NCBI GenBank assembly: GCA_029262065.1
Contig: JAJDAC010000041.1
Coordinates: 1,430 to 65,429 of the forward strand
Source: Candidatus Krumholzibacteriota bacterium
GTDB taxonomy: Bacteria > Krumholzibacteriota > Krumholzibacteriia > JAJRXK01
DNA length: 64,000 nucleotides
Reading direction: 5' to 3'
Part shown: piece by piece, positions 50,322 through 60,149 of the stretch
Layout of the letters: every line of letters begins with the position of its first letter
How positions within the stretch are numbered: position 1 is the stretch's first letter
The notes under the pieces: model-generated
Told to the model about the DNA's origin: nothing
The model's database searches: none
What the model saw: the letters and a program-made list of their open reading frames with translations, nothing else
Translations under genes and position numbers: made by a program

Positions 50322-51899
50322 TTGCACCCTCAGAACTACGATCTCGTCGTCATCGGCAGTGGACCCGCCGGGCAGAAGGCAGCCATCGGCGCAGCCAAGA
50401 TGGGCAAGCGCGTGGCCATCATCGAACGCGAACCACGGCTGGGCGGCGTGTGCCTGCAAACGGGTACCGTGCCCAGCAAGAGCCTGCGCGAAGCCGTGCT
50501 GTACCTCTCGGGTTACCGGCAGAAGGCCTTCTACGGCAAAGCCTACAGCGTGAAAGACCACATCTGTTTGGACGACCTGTCCAGTCGCACGTCTTCGGTA
50601 GTGCGCCTGGGGACCGAAGTGGTTACGGCCCAACTCAAACGCAACGGCATCACCCTGATCGAAGGAACCGCGTCGTTCGGAGACGCCAACACACTGGCCG
50701 TACGCACCGAGAACGGCGCCATGGCCGTGCGCGGCGACCACATTCTCATTGCCTGTGGCACACGCCCCGCCCACAACCCCAACATCCCCCTCGACGGTCG
50801 CGTGGTATTCGACTCCGATCAGATCCAGCAACTGGATGAAGTACCGCACGAACTCATCGTGGTGGGCGGCGGCGTAATCGGGCTGGAGTACGCCGCCATG
50901 TTCGGCGCCATGGGACGCAAGGTCACCGTCATCGAAGCTCGCCCCACCCTGTTGGACTTCGTGGATCGTGAAATCGTGGAGTCGTTGAAGTACCACATGC
51001 GACGAACCGGCGTGACGTTTCGATTGGGAGAAACCGTCCAAAGCGTCGATCGCGTCGGCGAAGACTGGGTGGAGGCGCACCTGGCCAGCGGCAAGACAGT
51101 TCGCGCACGCGGGCTTCTCTATGCCGTGGGACGCCAGGCCAACACCGATCTGTTGAATCTACACGCCGCCGGAATCGAAGTAGACAGTCGTGGACGGGTG
51201 AAGGTGAACGAGTCCTACCAGACGACCACGCCCCACATCTACGCGGCCGGCGACGTCATTGGCTTCCCTTCACTTGCTTCTTCTTCCATGGAGCAAGGTC
51301 GGTTGGCCATCTGCGCCATGTTTGCCAAGTCGTGCAAGAGTTCTCCGCATCTCTTCCCCTACGGCATCTACACCATTCCGGAAATTTCGATGGTGGGTAA
51401 GACCGAACAGGAACTCACCGACAACCACATCCCATACGAATTCGGCGTGGCCAAGTACGAAGAACTGGTACGCGGTCAGATGCTGGGCGACGAAATCGGC
51501 ATGTTGAAGATCCTGTTCGATCCCGTTTCACTGAAGCTGCTGGGCGTGCACGCCATTGGCGAAAACGTCACCGAGCTGATCCACATCGGTCAGGCCGTCC
51601 TGGCCCTGGGCGGCACAGTCGAGTACTTCCGCGACAACGTGTTCAACTACCCCACGCTGGCCGAAGCGTACAAGGTGGCCGCACTGGACGGTTTGAATAG
51701 ATTGGGGCCGCAAAATCAACCCACGCGACATCAGGCCACAGGCATCACCACGGACGAAATCGCCGACTTGATCATGGACGATACCAACGGAACCACCGAT
51801 GAAACTGACGACTCCACCATGGACACGGTAGAGGCCGAACGAATCGTGGACGAGATCTGCCGCGAATCCGAAGAGCCTTTGGTAGGGCTTCCCAGCTGA
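50322..51899 (+). CDS. sthA: Soluble pyridine nucleotide transhydrogenase with acidic C-terminal extension
   Basis: GSGPAG, GGVCLQTGTVPSKSLRE, GFPSLASSSMEQGR, FNYPTLAEAYKVAALDGLNRL; TTG after AGGAAGG. Confidence 0.93.
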   Translation: MHPQNYDLVVIGSGPAGQKAAIGAAKMGKRVAIIEREPRLGGVCLQTGTVPSKSLREAVLYLSGYRQKAFYGKAYSVKDHICLDDLSSRTSSVVRLGTEVVTAQLKRNGITLIEGTASFGDANTLAVRTENGAMAVRGDHILIACGTRPAHNPNIPLDGRVVFDSDQIQQLDEVPHELIVVGGGVIGLEYAAMFGAMGRKVTVIEARPTLLDFVDREIVESLKYHMRRTGVTFRLGETVQSVDRVGEDWVEAHLASGKTVRARGLLYAVGRQANTDLLNLHAAGIEVDSRGRVKVNESYQTTTPHIYAAGDVIGFPSLASSSMEQGRLAICAMFAKSCKSSPHLFPYGIYTIPEISMVGKTEQELTDNHIPYEFGVAKYEELVRGQMLGDEIGMLKILFDPVSLKLLGVHAIGENVTELIHIGQAVLALGGTVEYFRDNVFNYPTLAEAYKVAALDGLNRLGPQNQPTRHQATGITTDEIADLIMDDTNGTTDETDDSTMDTVEAERIVDEICRESEEPLVGLPS

Positions 51900-51920
51900 G
51901 ATCGAGTCGGCGTATGACGA

Positions 51921-51950
51921 AGCGGGCCCGAACCTGAGTTCGGACCCGCT
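51921..51950. terminator. Hairpin between convergent genes
   Basis: AGCGGGCCCGAAC-CTGA-GTTCGGACCCGCT. Confidence 0.55.
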
Positions 51951-51965
51951 CCGAGGGCCGCTCCG

Positions 51966-54900
51966 TCACTTCAACAGCGTGACCTTCCGAACCTGTTGCT
52001 GGCCACTGGAGCCAAGCAATCGCACGAAGTACACACCGCTAGCCAACGATCTGCCGCTTGCGTCATGCCCGTCGAAGGTGAGCACATGGCGACCGCTTGC
52101 AAGCTCGCCCGTGTGCAGCGTCGTGACGCGCGAACCACGTTGGTTCAACACCTCGACCCGGACATCCTCGCGCCTCGGCAACTCGAACGCCACTTCGGTC
52201 CGTGGGTTGAACGGATTCGGACTGACCTCGAGCTGGGTCCAGGTGGCACCGGGCAACTGATCATCGACCGCGGTGACTGTCCCCGAGAACACCAACTCAT
52301 AGTCGCCGCTCTTGGCCAGCTCACTGTCCTTGGTCTTCCACACCGCGATACAGTGATACCCAGCACCACCCTGCGGTACGCTGAACGAAGCGTTTTCGTC
52401 GCCACCGGCGGGCGCGAACCACGAGGCGGCTTCGGCCAGCGTGTCGCTCTTACCCATCCACGGGCGGTCATCGCCGACGAACGGCGGATGCACGCTGAGG
52501 CCCCAGTCTACGGTACCGGTCACGTTCACGAGAGCCAGGTTCCACGACCCCTCGTCCAGCCACACCTCGTGCAATCGAACGATGCGGTTGGCTGGCATGG
52601 AATAGGGTCCGAAATTGCCGAAGGGCGCATCGCTCAAGAAATCGGAACTGGTGCTATGCACCGAGTAGGTCTCCTGACCCGCGCCTTCCCTCAATACTCC
52701 CACGTCGAACGGACGGGGCGTCTGCCCCCGCTGGTTGATTAGCACGAAGTCCGACTGGGCTTCGCCCCAGGTGGAGTTGGTCAGACTTTCGGCAAATCCG
52801 TTTTCAGGCCCCGTCGACGCCTCGTGGAGCAGAAGCTCGGCGTTGCTCTTCTCGTTCGACATGGCCGCAACGGCCAGCCATTGGTTGTCGTTGCCAACCG
52901 GCGTGACCGTCGGCAGACGTACGCCATCGCAGTTGGGAAACACCGGTGTGATCACATCGCCGCCGCCCTCGGCCGTGCCGTCGCCCGGTGTAATCGTAAC
53001 CGTCACATCGAACAATCCTCCCAGCGGTTCCGGTGGTGCCGCACGCAGCAGCGTGACATTGGGCACCAGACTCGCAGGTTGGAACACCCATTGAGCCCCG
53101 TACGAGTTGTCATCTTCCCGCGCCTCTTCGATCAGCCCAGTTGGATCCAACTTCGCCACCAGTGTATGGCGGCCCCCGCGCACCACGAAGGGGCTTCCAC
53201 CGTTGAACGCGGCGGAACCAAACGCGCCAAGGTCGGGCACCGCCAGCGTGGTCATGGGATTGCCGTCCAGGGTGATCGCAGCCGACGACGCGGGGCTGGC
53301 GATGCTTCGGTCGTTGATCGACGCCAGGTTCAGGTACGTACTCGCTACGTCACCGTTCAAGACGGTGGGAGCGGGCACGCTGTTCGGCGTGCCATCGGCA
53401 GCAGCTCGTGGCACCAACGGAGCCGCCCACGAGGTCAGGCCATCATCGGGACGCAAGTTCGGGGGTGTCGTGCCCGTGCTCAGCGCAATGTCCATGGCCG
53501 CGCTGGCCTTGGCCGGGACGTGCGAACCCTCGCGGTAGATTACCAGGCAGTAGTAGTTGGACGTCGCGACGTTCACGTCGAGTTGAGCGAAACCATCTGC
53601 GTCGGTGGTAACCGCCGCTACGTAGTCGAGGATATCACCCGTGGTGAACGCAGCGTCCAGCCACAACAGCGTCACCGGATCGTCCGTGGGCTCAATCGAT
53701 ACTCGAGCACTGAACGGTCCCACATTGGCCGCGGGTACCCAGATCTCGCGCATTGCGAGGTGCTCTTCGGTGCCCAGAGAAACCGTCACGTCGCTGTCAT
53801 ACGCCAGCCCCGTGGCGCCTACCGTAGACAATCGCATGGACGAGCCCAGATCGAGTACGCCGACATTCATCACGCCGACGTCATAGTTTGTCGTGCCAAC
53901 GTTGTTGCGATTGGTGAACAGGGCCTCCAAGCGCCCCGACGGACGGGCCGAGAAACCCACGTTGCCAGCGAACCCGTCCTGCGGACCCGTTGAGGCCGCA
54001 TGCATCCGCAGCTCGAAATTGTCGTCGTTGTTCGGCGGGAGAAGCACGACCGCGTGCCACCAATGGCCACCGGCGCCGGTGTTCATGCGGTAGCCATCCA
54101 CGTTGAACCAGTTCGTTGAGCCAGAAGGAATGTCGTTCCAGCCCGCCGTGCGCTCGCGTGGAATGGTTATGTTCAAGAAACTCCCAGGGGCCGCGACGTC
54201 GCGTGGCGACCAGATCCATTGGCGGCCATATCGATTGTTCAACTCGCTGGATTCGCCCACGGACTCGGTCGAATCGAGCACGAGCGACAGCGTGTGCCTG
54301 CCGCCTCGCACGTACGTGCCGCCGTTCGAGTTCCACAAGTACTCCTGACCCGCGGCAACAACTCCACCACTATGGGCGAAGTTGTTCAGGTATACATTGT
54401 CCACGCGGAACTCAACGTTCCAGTTGGGAACGATCAGCGAGGAAACACTGGAGTTTCGGTACGCTGCATTGAGGTAGGTGGCATTCGAATAACCCGTCAG
54501 CGCGGTAGGCAGGAACACCTGCCCGGGGTTGCCACCGGTATCGTTGCGTGGCACGGCAATGTCTTCCCAGAACTCAGGGATCATTCCCACGAAGTCGGTC
54601 GCCTGAGGCGAGAGAATGACAATGGGACCGAACGACCGATAGCCCGGGTTCCAACGCCCCGCACGATCGACGGTTCGCAGGTTGAAGTAGTAGCTTCCGG
54701 CGTTCAGGGGGCTCTGGGTGCGGTAGGTGTTGACCTTACCAATGTTCTGGACCGCCGAGGGCAACCCCGGTCCTCCACTTGTAATCGAGATCGCGTAACC
54801 CGAGATGCCACTGGCATCGTCACTGGGCGTGCTCCACGAAAACTGAGGCCAGTTGGCGCGCGTAGAGACACCCGCGGAATGGGTGGAACACTGGATGAAG

Positions 54901-56519
54901 CCGGGGTTGTTCGGAACCGCGGCGTCGAGTTCGTATCCGTTCTGGCGCGCGGTTTCCCACACGTCCTCCAGGGTCGCGGTGGAAGTTCCCAGCACCTTGA
55001 GTCGCGTATAGAAATCGTCCACGAACTCCTGCGCGGTCAAGGTTCCCAGAACGTTGGCCGCTTCCATCAGCAGCATCGGGTCGAGCTGGGTGCGATCCTG
55101 CCAGGTGCCCTCGAGGGCCGTGTCATTCTCGTCGTTGGTGTCGACCAGATCGACCAGGTAGGCCGCGAAGATACCTTCGGTCATGGTGGGGTCGTCGACG
55201 CCACCGCCGGCTGGGCCCTGACCACAGGTACCCAACGATTCGAAGTTATAGGCGCTGGCGGGGCCCACTGCATACGTGTTGAAGGTCCGGGGTATAAAGT
55301 CGCCCAGTGCATCAGGAAATCCCTCGCTCCACGCGGTTCCCGTGGTTTCCTGACACCACAGGCAGTGGAAACAGCGAGGCATGTCGGAATTGCAGATCCC
55401 GTTGCAGTAGTTCGGGTCGTTCTGTTGGGCGAACACACGAACCCAGCGGTGTCCGTGCTCGTGAACCACGACTTCGTCCGAGAACTGATCGCCCTGACCT
55501 ATGTAGATCACTCCGTCAAGCGGGCGGAAGAAGGAGCTCCCATCGGCATTGGGGAAACGGAAGGTTGTCGTTGGCACCGAGAACCCCATGCTGTCGTGCC
55601 AACGCCATGCACGAGCGACGGTGGTCATCACGTACATCGCATCGTTCAAGGCCGGGTCGACAATTGAGAAGGTCCCCACGTCAATATCGGTACCCGTGAA
55701 GTCGTCGATTCGGTTGAACCGAAACGATGTGTTGCCAGACGTGATGTCGGTCGTACGCATCTGCACCCAGCTATTGGCCATCTCCACTTCCAGGACGATG
55801 TCGGGCTGCGGATCAAAGGGGTCGCCATCGTCCCAGGGGAATGTCATGTCGAAGTAGCCGTCGACATTGGTAAAATCTTCTATCTGGGTACTGACGAAGG
55901 ATCCTTCGTCGTCGTGAACCTTGATCTTCACGTTGTCGACACCCAGCGTGGTGATTCCGGTGCTGTCCATGCGACGGCATACGATGCGACCGTGCACCCG
56001 GATGTTGCGTGTCGTCTTGGCAACGGCCGCCACGAACGGCTTGTCAGCCCCCTCGGGTCGCGCTAGTTCAGCGATGCGCTGCGCCGACAAGCTGGGCACC
56101 GGTTCTTGCACCGTTTCGATCTCGACCATGGGCACGGTTGGATTTCCCAGACGAAACTCCTCTTCCACGAACTGGCCGTCGGCGTAGTAGCTCAGCACCA
56201 GTGGTTCGGAAGGGTTCCCGGCCTGAATCGATAGCTCGAAGCTCTGAGCAACAAGATCGTCGATCTTGGCGTTGGCGTGGTTGGGCACGGAGCTCAGCCG
56301 TTGCTTGCTCCAGCCTCGTGGCGTCGATATCGCAACGTCTTCGATTACGACGTCGGGGCGGCTGTGAATTTCTATGGTTGCGCGCGCGACGTCACCGGAC
56401 TTCGCGGCGGTCGTGATCGGTACGACGCGGGCAATCGCGCCGTCGTCGCGAACGGTGGCCCCCGCCGCGGCCGGCAGCAGGGCTAGAAAGACGAATGCAA
56501 GAAAACAACAACGGAGCAT
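51966..56519 (-). CDS. Large secreted zincin-like protein with two CARDB-like repeat modules and C-terminal FlgD-Ig domain
   Basis: Signal peptide, HEHGH...WSEG, duplicated VRGGRHTL...E..E.NN.YG.QW module, PNPFNP...SGVYFVRL...KVTLLK. Confidence 0.82.
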   Translation of the reverse strand: MLRCCFLAFVFLALLPAAAGATVRDDGAIARVVPITTAAKSGDVARATIEIHSRPDVVIEDVAISTPRGWSKQRLSSVPNHANAKIDDLVAQSFELSIQAGNPSEPLVLSYYADGQFVEEEFRLGNPTVPMVEIETVQEPVPSLSAQRIAELARPEGADKPFVAAVAKTTRNIRVHGRIVCRRMDSTGITTLGVDNVKIKVHDDEGSFVSTQIEDFTNVDGYFDMTFPWDDGDPFDPQPDIVLEVEMANSWVQMRTTDITSGNTSFRFNRIDDFTGTDIDVGTFSIVDPALNDAMYVMTTVARAWRWHDSMGFSVPTTTFRFPNADGSSFFRPLDGVIYIGQGDQFSDEVVVHEHGHRWVRVFAQQNDPNYCNGICNSDMPRCFHCLWCQETTGTAWSEGFPDALGDFIPRTFNTYAVGPASAYNFESLGTCGQGPAGGGVDDPTMTEGIFAAYLVDLVDTNDENDTALEGTWQDRTQLDPMLLMEAANVLGTLTAQEFVDDFYTRLKVLGTSTATLEDVWETARQNGYELDAAVPNNPGFIQCSTHSAGVSTRANWPQFSWSTPSDDASGISGYAISITSGGPGLPSAVQNIGKVNTYRTQSPLNAGSYYFNLRTVDRAGRWNPGYRSFGPIVILSPQATDFVGMIPEFWEDIAVPRNDTGGNPGQVFLPTALTGYSNATYLNAAYRNSSVSSLIVPNWNVEFRVDNVYLNNFAHSGGVVAAGQEYLWNSNGGTYVRGGRHTLSLVLDSTESVGESSELNNRYGRQWIWSPRDVAAPGSFLNITIPRERTAGWNDIPSGSTNWFNVDGYRMNTGAGGHWWHAVVLLPPNNDDNFELRMHAASTGPQDGFAGNVGFSARPSGRLEALFTNRNNVGTTNYDVGVMNVGVLDLGSSMRLSTVGATGLAYDSDVTVSLGTEEHLAMREIWVPAANVGPFSARVSIEPTDDPVTLLWLDAAFTTGDILDYVAAVTTDADGFAQLDVNVATSNYYCLVIYREGSHVPAKASAAMDIALSTGTTPPNLRPDDGLTSWAAPLVPRAAADGTPNSVPAPTVLNGDVASTYLNLASINDRSIASPASSAAITLDGNPMTTLAVPDLGAFGSAAFNGGSPFVVRGGRHTLVAKLDPTGLIEEAREDDNSYGAQWVFQPASLVPNVTLLRAAPPEPLGGLFDVTVTITPGDGTAEGGGDVITPVFPNCDGVRLPTVTPVGNDNQWLAVAAMSNEKSNAELLLHEASTGPENGFAESLTNSTWGEAQSDFVLINQRGQTPRPFDVGVLREGAGQETYSVHSTSSDFLSDAPFGNFGPYSMPANRIVRLHEVWLDEGSWNLALVNVTGTVDWGLSVHPPFVGDDRPWMGKSDTLAEAASWFAPAGGDENASFSVPQGGAGYHCIAVWKTKDSELAKSGDYELVFSGTVTAVDDQLPGATWTQLEVSPNPFNPRTEVAFELPRREDVRVEVLNQRGSRVTTLHTGELASGRHVLTFDGHDASGRSLASGVYFVRLLGSSGQQQVRKVTLLK

Positions 56520-56551
56520 GACATTGACCTCGTCGAGAGATGGGGTTGCGC

Positions 56552-57031
56552 TTAGTGCTGGGGCTTGGGAGCAGGGCGGTCCGACGGAACAATGTGGACG
56601 ACCGGATTCAGGATGAGTTGAATAGCAACGTCGATCGCGTCGGCCTGGGCGCGAAGGCCCTGGTCCCGGGCGCTTTGCGCCTGGGCCCGCAGCAGAGAGA
56701 TCTCGGTCGCCTGCTTCACGTCGGCCATCTCGCGCTCGATCGTGCGAATCGTGGTGGGGTCGGTTGCCTGCTTGAGCGTCACGGCCATTTGTCGAAGTAG
56801 TTCGGCTTCCTTGGCCAGGATCTCGCGCATTTCGAGCTGGAGCGGCGTGAGATCGGTCGCCGGTGCGTCCTTCCCCGTCCCTTCGAAGTGCAGCTGCTGT
56901 TCGACCGCTTCCTCACGGTTGATATCGAGCTGGTCTATCGAAACCGGGGGAGGATCCTGGGCTCGTACGGCCAGGGGAAAAACAAGAAGCATCCCGAGTA
57001 GGGTCGGGATGCGCCACATGGGAGAGAGCAT
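56552..57031 (-). CDS. Secreted helical/coiled-coil hypothetical protein
   Basis: AAGGAG RBS, signal peptide ending VRA-Q, helical body; 32 nt upstream of the large secreted protein. Confidence 0.65.
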   Translation of the reverse strand: MLSPMWRIPTLLGMLLVFPLAVRAQDPPPVSIDQLDINREEAVEQQLHFEGTGKDAPATDLTPLQLEMREILAKEAELLRQMAVTLKQATDPTTIRTIEREMADVKQATEISLLRAQAQSARDQGLRAQADAIDVAIQLILNPVVHIVPSDRPAPKPQH

Positions 57032-57077
57032 GAGGTACTCCTTGCGAAGCGGGGTCGGTTGGGTGGTTTCCTCCTCG

Positions 57078-57103
57078 GGTCGGAAGTGCGGGTGGATTGT
57101 GAC
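57078..57103 (-). promoter_or_regulatory. Putative ECF promoter GTCACA-N15-CGACC (copy 1)
   Basis: Upstream of 57031; same motif and spacing at 57130 and 59562. Confidence 0.55.
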
Positions 57104-57129
57104 CAACAAGATGCCCGGATCGGGACCGC

Positions 57130-57155
57130 GTCACAGCCGGTCGCCCAGCGCGACC
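57130..57155 (+). promoter_or_regulatory. Putative ECF promoter GTCACA-N15-CGACC (copy 2)
   Basis: 45 nt upstream of ATG 57201. Confidence 0.55.
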
Positions 57156-57200
57156 TGATCAGCAACAGAGACCCTTGTTCCCTTGCTCGGACGGAAACCA

Positions 57201-57692
57201 ATGAAACTGAACAACCTCACGATCAACTCCATACTCGTCGCCCTGCTTCTCGCCGTGGTCGGTTGCAACAGCTCGAGCCCCACTGGTCCTGGCCCCGCTG
57301 GCGGTGGCAGCACCGGAACCGGTACTTTCTCCGGCCCACAGGGCTACCTCGAAGTCTCAGGCAGCAGCGTGTTCGGCAGCCGCTTTGAGCCCGACGGCGT
57401 TCAGATCAGCGAGATCGGCGTAGCACGGGTTGCCCAGTTCGTATTCGACGACGAAAGCGTCGTAGGCGTGGCCTTCAACGTTCAGCGAATGGTGACCAAG
57501 GTCGGTGCGGTACACGCCAATCCCAACGAGAACTGGAATCTCGACGCCGGAATCGGCGTACCGGTGTCAGGCGTAACCGTGATCCCCGACGGCGACGCCT
57601 GGATCCTGCAGTTCAATCACGTGGAGCTGCCCGGCGCGTTGGGCACCTCGAGTACGCTGACCCTCTACGGTGAGCTGCGAACAGACCTCTAG
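57201..57692 (+). CDS. Hypothetical lipoprotein A (163 aa)
   Basis: Lipobox VVGC, G/S/P linker; paralog of 59631-60122. Confidence 0.8.
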   Translation: MKLNNLTINSILVALLLAVVGCNSSSPTGPGPAGGGSTGTGTFSGPQGYLEVSGSSVFGSRFEPDGVQISEIGVARVAQFVFDDESVVGVAFNVQRMVTKVGAVHANPNENWNLDAGIGVPVSGVTVIPDGDAWILQFNHVELPGALGTSSTLTLYGELRTDL

Positions 57693-57720
57693 TAGCGCCC
57701 TCGTGCGATTGGGCCCGTCG

Positions 57721-57749
57721 AAACCTCCCGCCGGCAAGCGGGAGGTTTT
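57721..57749 (+). terminator. Intrinsic terminator
   Basis: AAACCTCCCGC-CGGCAA-GCGGGAGGTTTT. Confidence 0.75.
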
Positions 57750-57972
57750 CTGCGTGGTACGAAAGTCCGGGCTCCAGGGGCGTCTATCGCGCACCGCCGA
57801 CAGCCTTCCTTGCCAGTACCCCAGAACTGCCGTCTAAATTGCTTATTTTCAATACTTTACGAGTCGTTTCGTGTTTTCTTGTCTTCCCGTGAGGGGTTCG
57901 CGATCTCGAGGACGGCTGTTGGGGTGAAGGCGCCACGGGCGCACACCAACAGACCCGAAAAGGAGACCCACG

Positions 57973-59442
57973 ATGTCGAACTCAACCGCTACCGCCGCCA
58001 ACCACAAGCAGACCATCGCCATTCCGAACGCGCTCGATCGCCTCGTACGATCGGCTCGTACGATGGGCCTGGTGGCCGTCACCCTCACCCTGCTGTTCGT
58101 GGGTGCGGGGTGCAGTGATGATAACCCCCTGGCCCCCGATGCTCCCGCGCCAACGCCCGAGGTCCACTCGGTAGAAATCCAGAACGCTCCCTTCGCCCTC
58201 GAATCCGGCGCTTCCGTCCAGCTCACCGCTGCGGTACAGGCTGACGATGGAGTCGAAGATCACGGCGTGCTGTGGAGTAGTTCTTCGCCGGAATTGTTGC
58301 ACGTGGCCGACAACGGCATGCTGACCGCGGTCGCGCCGGGGAACGTGGAAGTAACCGCGCGCTCGCGCGCCGACGAAAGCACCTTCGACCAGGTACGGGT
58401 CACGGTCACGTCGCCCGACGCGACCATCATTGGGGTCTCGATCGATCCGGTGAGCGAGGAGTTGTACTTCGGCAACCACCTCGCGCTTTCCGCCACCGTG
58501 AGTGGAACGGGATCTTTCGCCCCGGGCGTGAGTTGGCGCAGTAACCGCCCGCACATCGCATCGGTCGACGCGCAGGGGCTCGTCACGGCCGAAGCCGTGG
58601 GAACGGTCGAGATTACCGCCGAGAGCAATAGCGACCCCACGAAGTCCGAGCAGTTGACTCTCGAAGTTCGGCCCGCCCGCATCACCGAGGTTCTCTTGGA
58701 CGCCACGCAGAACGAGATGCTTACCGAAACCACGCAATCCTTGAGCTTGACCGTCAACAGCCTCGGTCAGATCGACACCTCGGTATACTGGGCGACGAGC
58801 GATGCCGCGGTAGCCACCGTCGATGACAGCGGCAACGTGAGCGGGCACACCATCGGTTCGGTGACGATCACGGCCACCTCGAATGCGGATCCCAACCGCT
58901 GGGGTTCTGTCAGCATCTTCGTCGACACGCCCGACCTGAGCGGTCTCGTGAAACTGATGAACGTGGAGACGAACCGTCTGCTCTTCTCGGCCGGCGATCC
59001 GGCCCAGGGTGAGGGTAACGAGGGCGGCTGGCTGCAGAGCCCGACCGTCGTGGGCGCCGACGCCAACTACTACAACCGCGCACTCTGGCAACTGACCAAA
59101 CTCGCGGACGGCACCTACCTCCTGAAGAACAGCGAAACCCAACGCTACGTCTTCGATCCCAGCGACGCGCTCGAGGGTCCCGACGGCAGCGAGGGTGGCT
59201 GGTTGGAGAGCCAGACGATCCTGGGCGCTGACGCCAACTACTACGGCCGCGCAGTCTGGAATCTGGTAGAGACTGGTTCGGGAACCTACTTCCTCCGAAA
59301 CGCAGTCACGAACCGCTACCTGCTCTCGACTGGCAATCCGGCCGAAGGCGAGGGCAACGAAGGTGGCTGGTTGGAGAGCCCCACCATGGTGGGAGCCGAC
59401 GCCAACTACTACAACCGGGCCATGTGGGAGATTGTCCGCTAA
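57973..59442 (+). CDS. Lipoprotein with three Big_2 Ig-like domains and a 3-repeat C-terminal (beta-trefoil-like) domain
   Basis: AAGGAG RBS, GAGC lipobox, W.SS...A.VD..G.VT repeats, three EGGWL.S...GADANYY.RA.W repeats. Confidence 0.8.
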   Translation: MSNSTATAANHKQTIAIPNALDRLVRSARTMGLVAVTLTLLFVGAGCSDDNPLAPDAPAPTPEVHSVEIQNAPFALESGASVQLTAAVQADDGVEDHGVLWSSSSPELLHVADNGMLTAVAPGNVEVTARSRADESTFDQVRVTVTSPDATIIGVSIDPVSEELYFGNHLALSATVSGTGSFAPGVSWRSNRPHIASVDAQGLVTAEAVGTVEITAESNSDPTKSEQLTLEVRPARITEVLLDATQNEMLTETTQSLSLTVNSLGQIDTSVYWATSDAAVATVDDSGNVSGHTIGSVTITATSNADPNRWGSVSIFVDTPDLSGLVKLMNVETNRLLFSAGDPAQGEGNEGGWLQSPTVVGADANYYNRALWQLTKLADGTYLLKNSETQRYVFDPSDALEGPDGSEGGWLESQTILGADANYYGRAVWNLVETGSGTYFLRNAVTNRYLLSTGNPAEGEGNEGGWLESPTMVGADANYYNRAMWEIVR

Positions 59443-59481
59443 GGCACCCCGACTACCGCGTGCGTTCTGCAGCAGAAGACG

Positions 59482-59515
59482 AGGCCGCTCCACACATGTG
59501 GGGCGGCCTTGTTTT
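59482..59515 (+). terminator. Intrinsic terminator
   Basis: AGGCCGCTCCAC-ACAT-GTGGGGCGGCCT-TGTTTT. Confidence 0.75.
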
Positions 59516-59561
59516 GCAACGGGTTACCCGGACGCAGGGCCCTTTTCTTGGCCGGGATCCG

Positions 59562-59587
59562 GTCACACCCAGGTCCCTGGTGCGACC
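59562..59587 (+). promoter_or_regulatory. Putative ECF promoter GTCACA-N15-CGACC (copy 3)
   Basis: 43 nt upstream of ATG 59631. Confidence 0.55.
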
Positions 59588-59630
59588 TGGTCAGCAACAG
59601 AGACTTGTTCCCTTGCTCGGACGGAAACCA

Positions 59631-60122
59631 ATGAAACTGCACAAATTCACAATCAACTTTCTGATCGTTGCCTTGCTCCTGACCACAGCCGGCTGTTTCG
59701 GCTCCAGCCCCACCGGCCCCTCTGGCCCCGGCGGCAGCACTGGAACCACCACGTTTTCCGGCCCCCAGGGATATCTGGAAGTATCGGGAAGCTCGGCATT
59801 CGGCACCCGTTTCGAGCCCGACACGGTAATGGTGCAAGAGACCGGAGTCGCTCGTGGCGTTCAGTTCATCGCCGGTGAAGATCGCCTGGTTGGCTTGTTC
59901 TTCAACACTGTGAACCTGCTGGTCACGCAGATTGGTGCCGTCGAATTCGACGCCGACAAACAGTGGCATCTGGATGACGGCGTGGGCGTACCGGTTTCTG
60001 GTGTAACCGTGCTCCGCGATGGCGACGTGTGGGTACTGCAGTTCAATCACGCCGAATTGCCCGGCGCCCTGGGCACCGTCGGCGGCCTGACCCTTTACGG
60101 CGAATTGCGCACCGACATGTAG
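59631..60122 (+). CDS. Hypothetical lipoprotein A' (163 aa), paralog of 57201-57692
   Basis: Lipobox TAGC; shared TFSGPQGYLEVSGSS.FG.RFEPD and LQFNH.ELPGALGT...LTLYGELRTD. Confidence 0.8.
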   Translation: MKLHKFTINFLIVALLLTTAGCFGSSPTGPSGPGGSTGTTTFSGPQGYLEVSGSSAFGTRFEPDTVMVQETGVARGVQFIAGEDRLVGLFFNTVNLLVTQIGAVEFDADKQWHLDDGVGVPVSGVTVLRDGDVWVLQFNHAELPGALGTVGGLTLYGELRTDM

Positions 60123-60149
60123 GTCGGCGCCAGAAACAGTTGCTTGATT

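Noticed and set aside
57835-57860. AT-rich IHF-like site upstream of the Big_2 lipoprotein
   Set aside because: Mismatch to consensus and no recombination or sigma54 context to support it
57982-59493. 503-aa minus-strand ORF (likewise 32215-33651 and 54219-55667)
   Set aside because: Antisense shadows of well-supported genes
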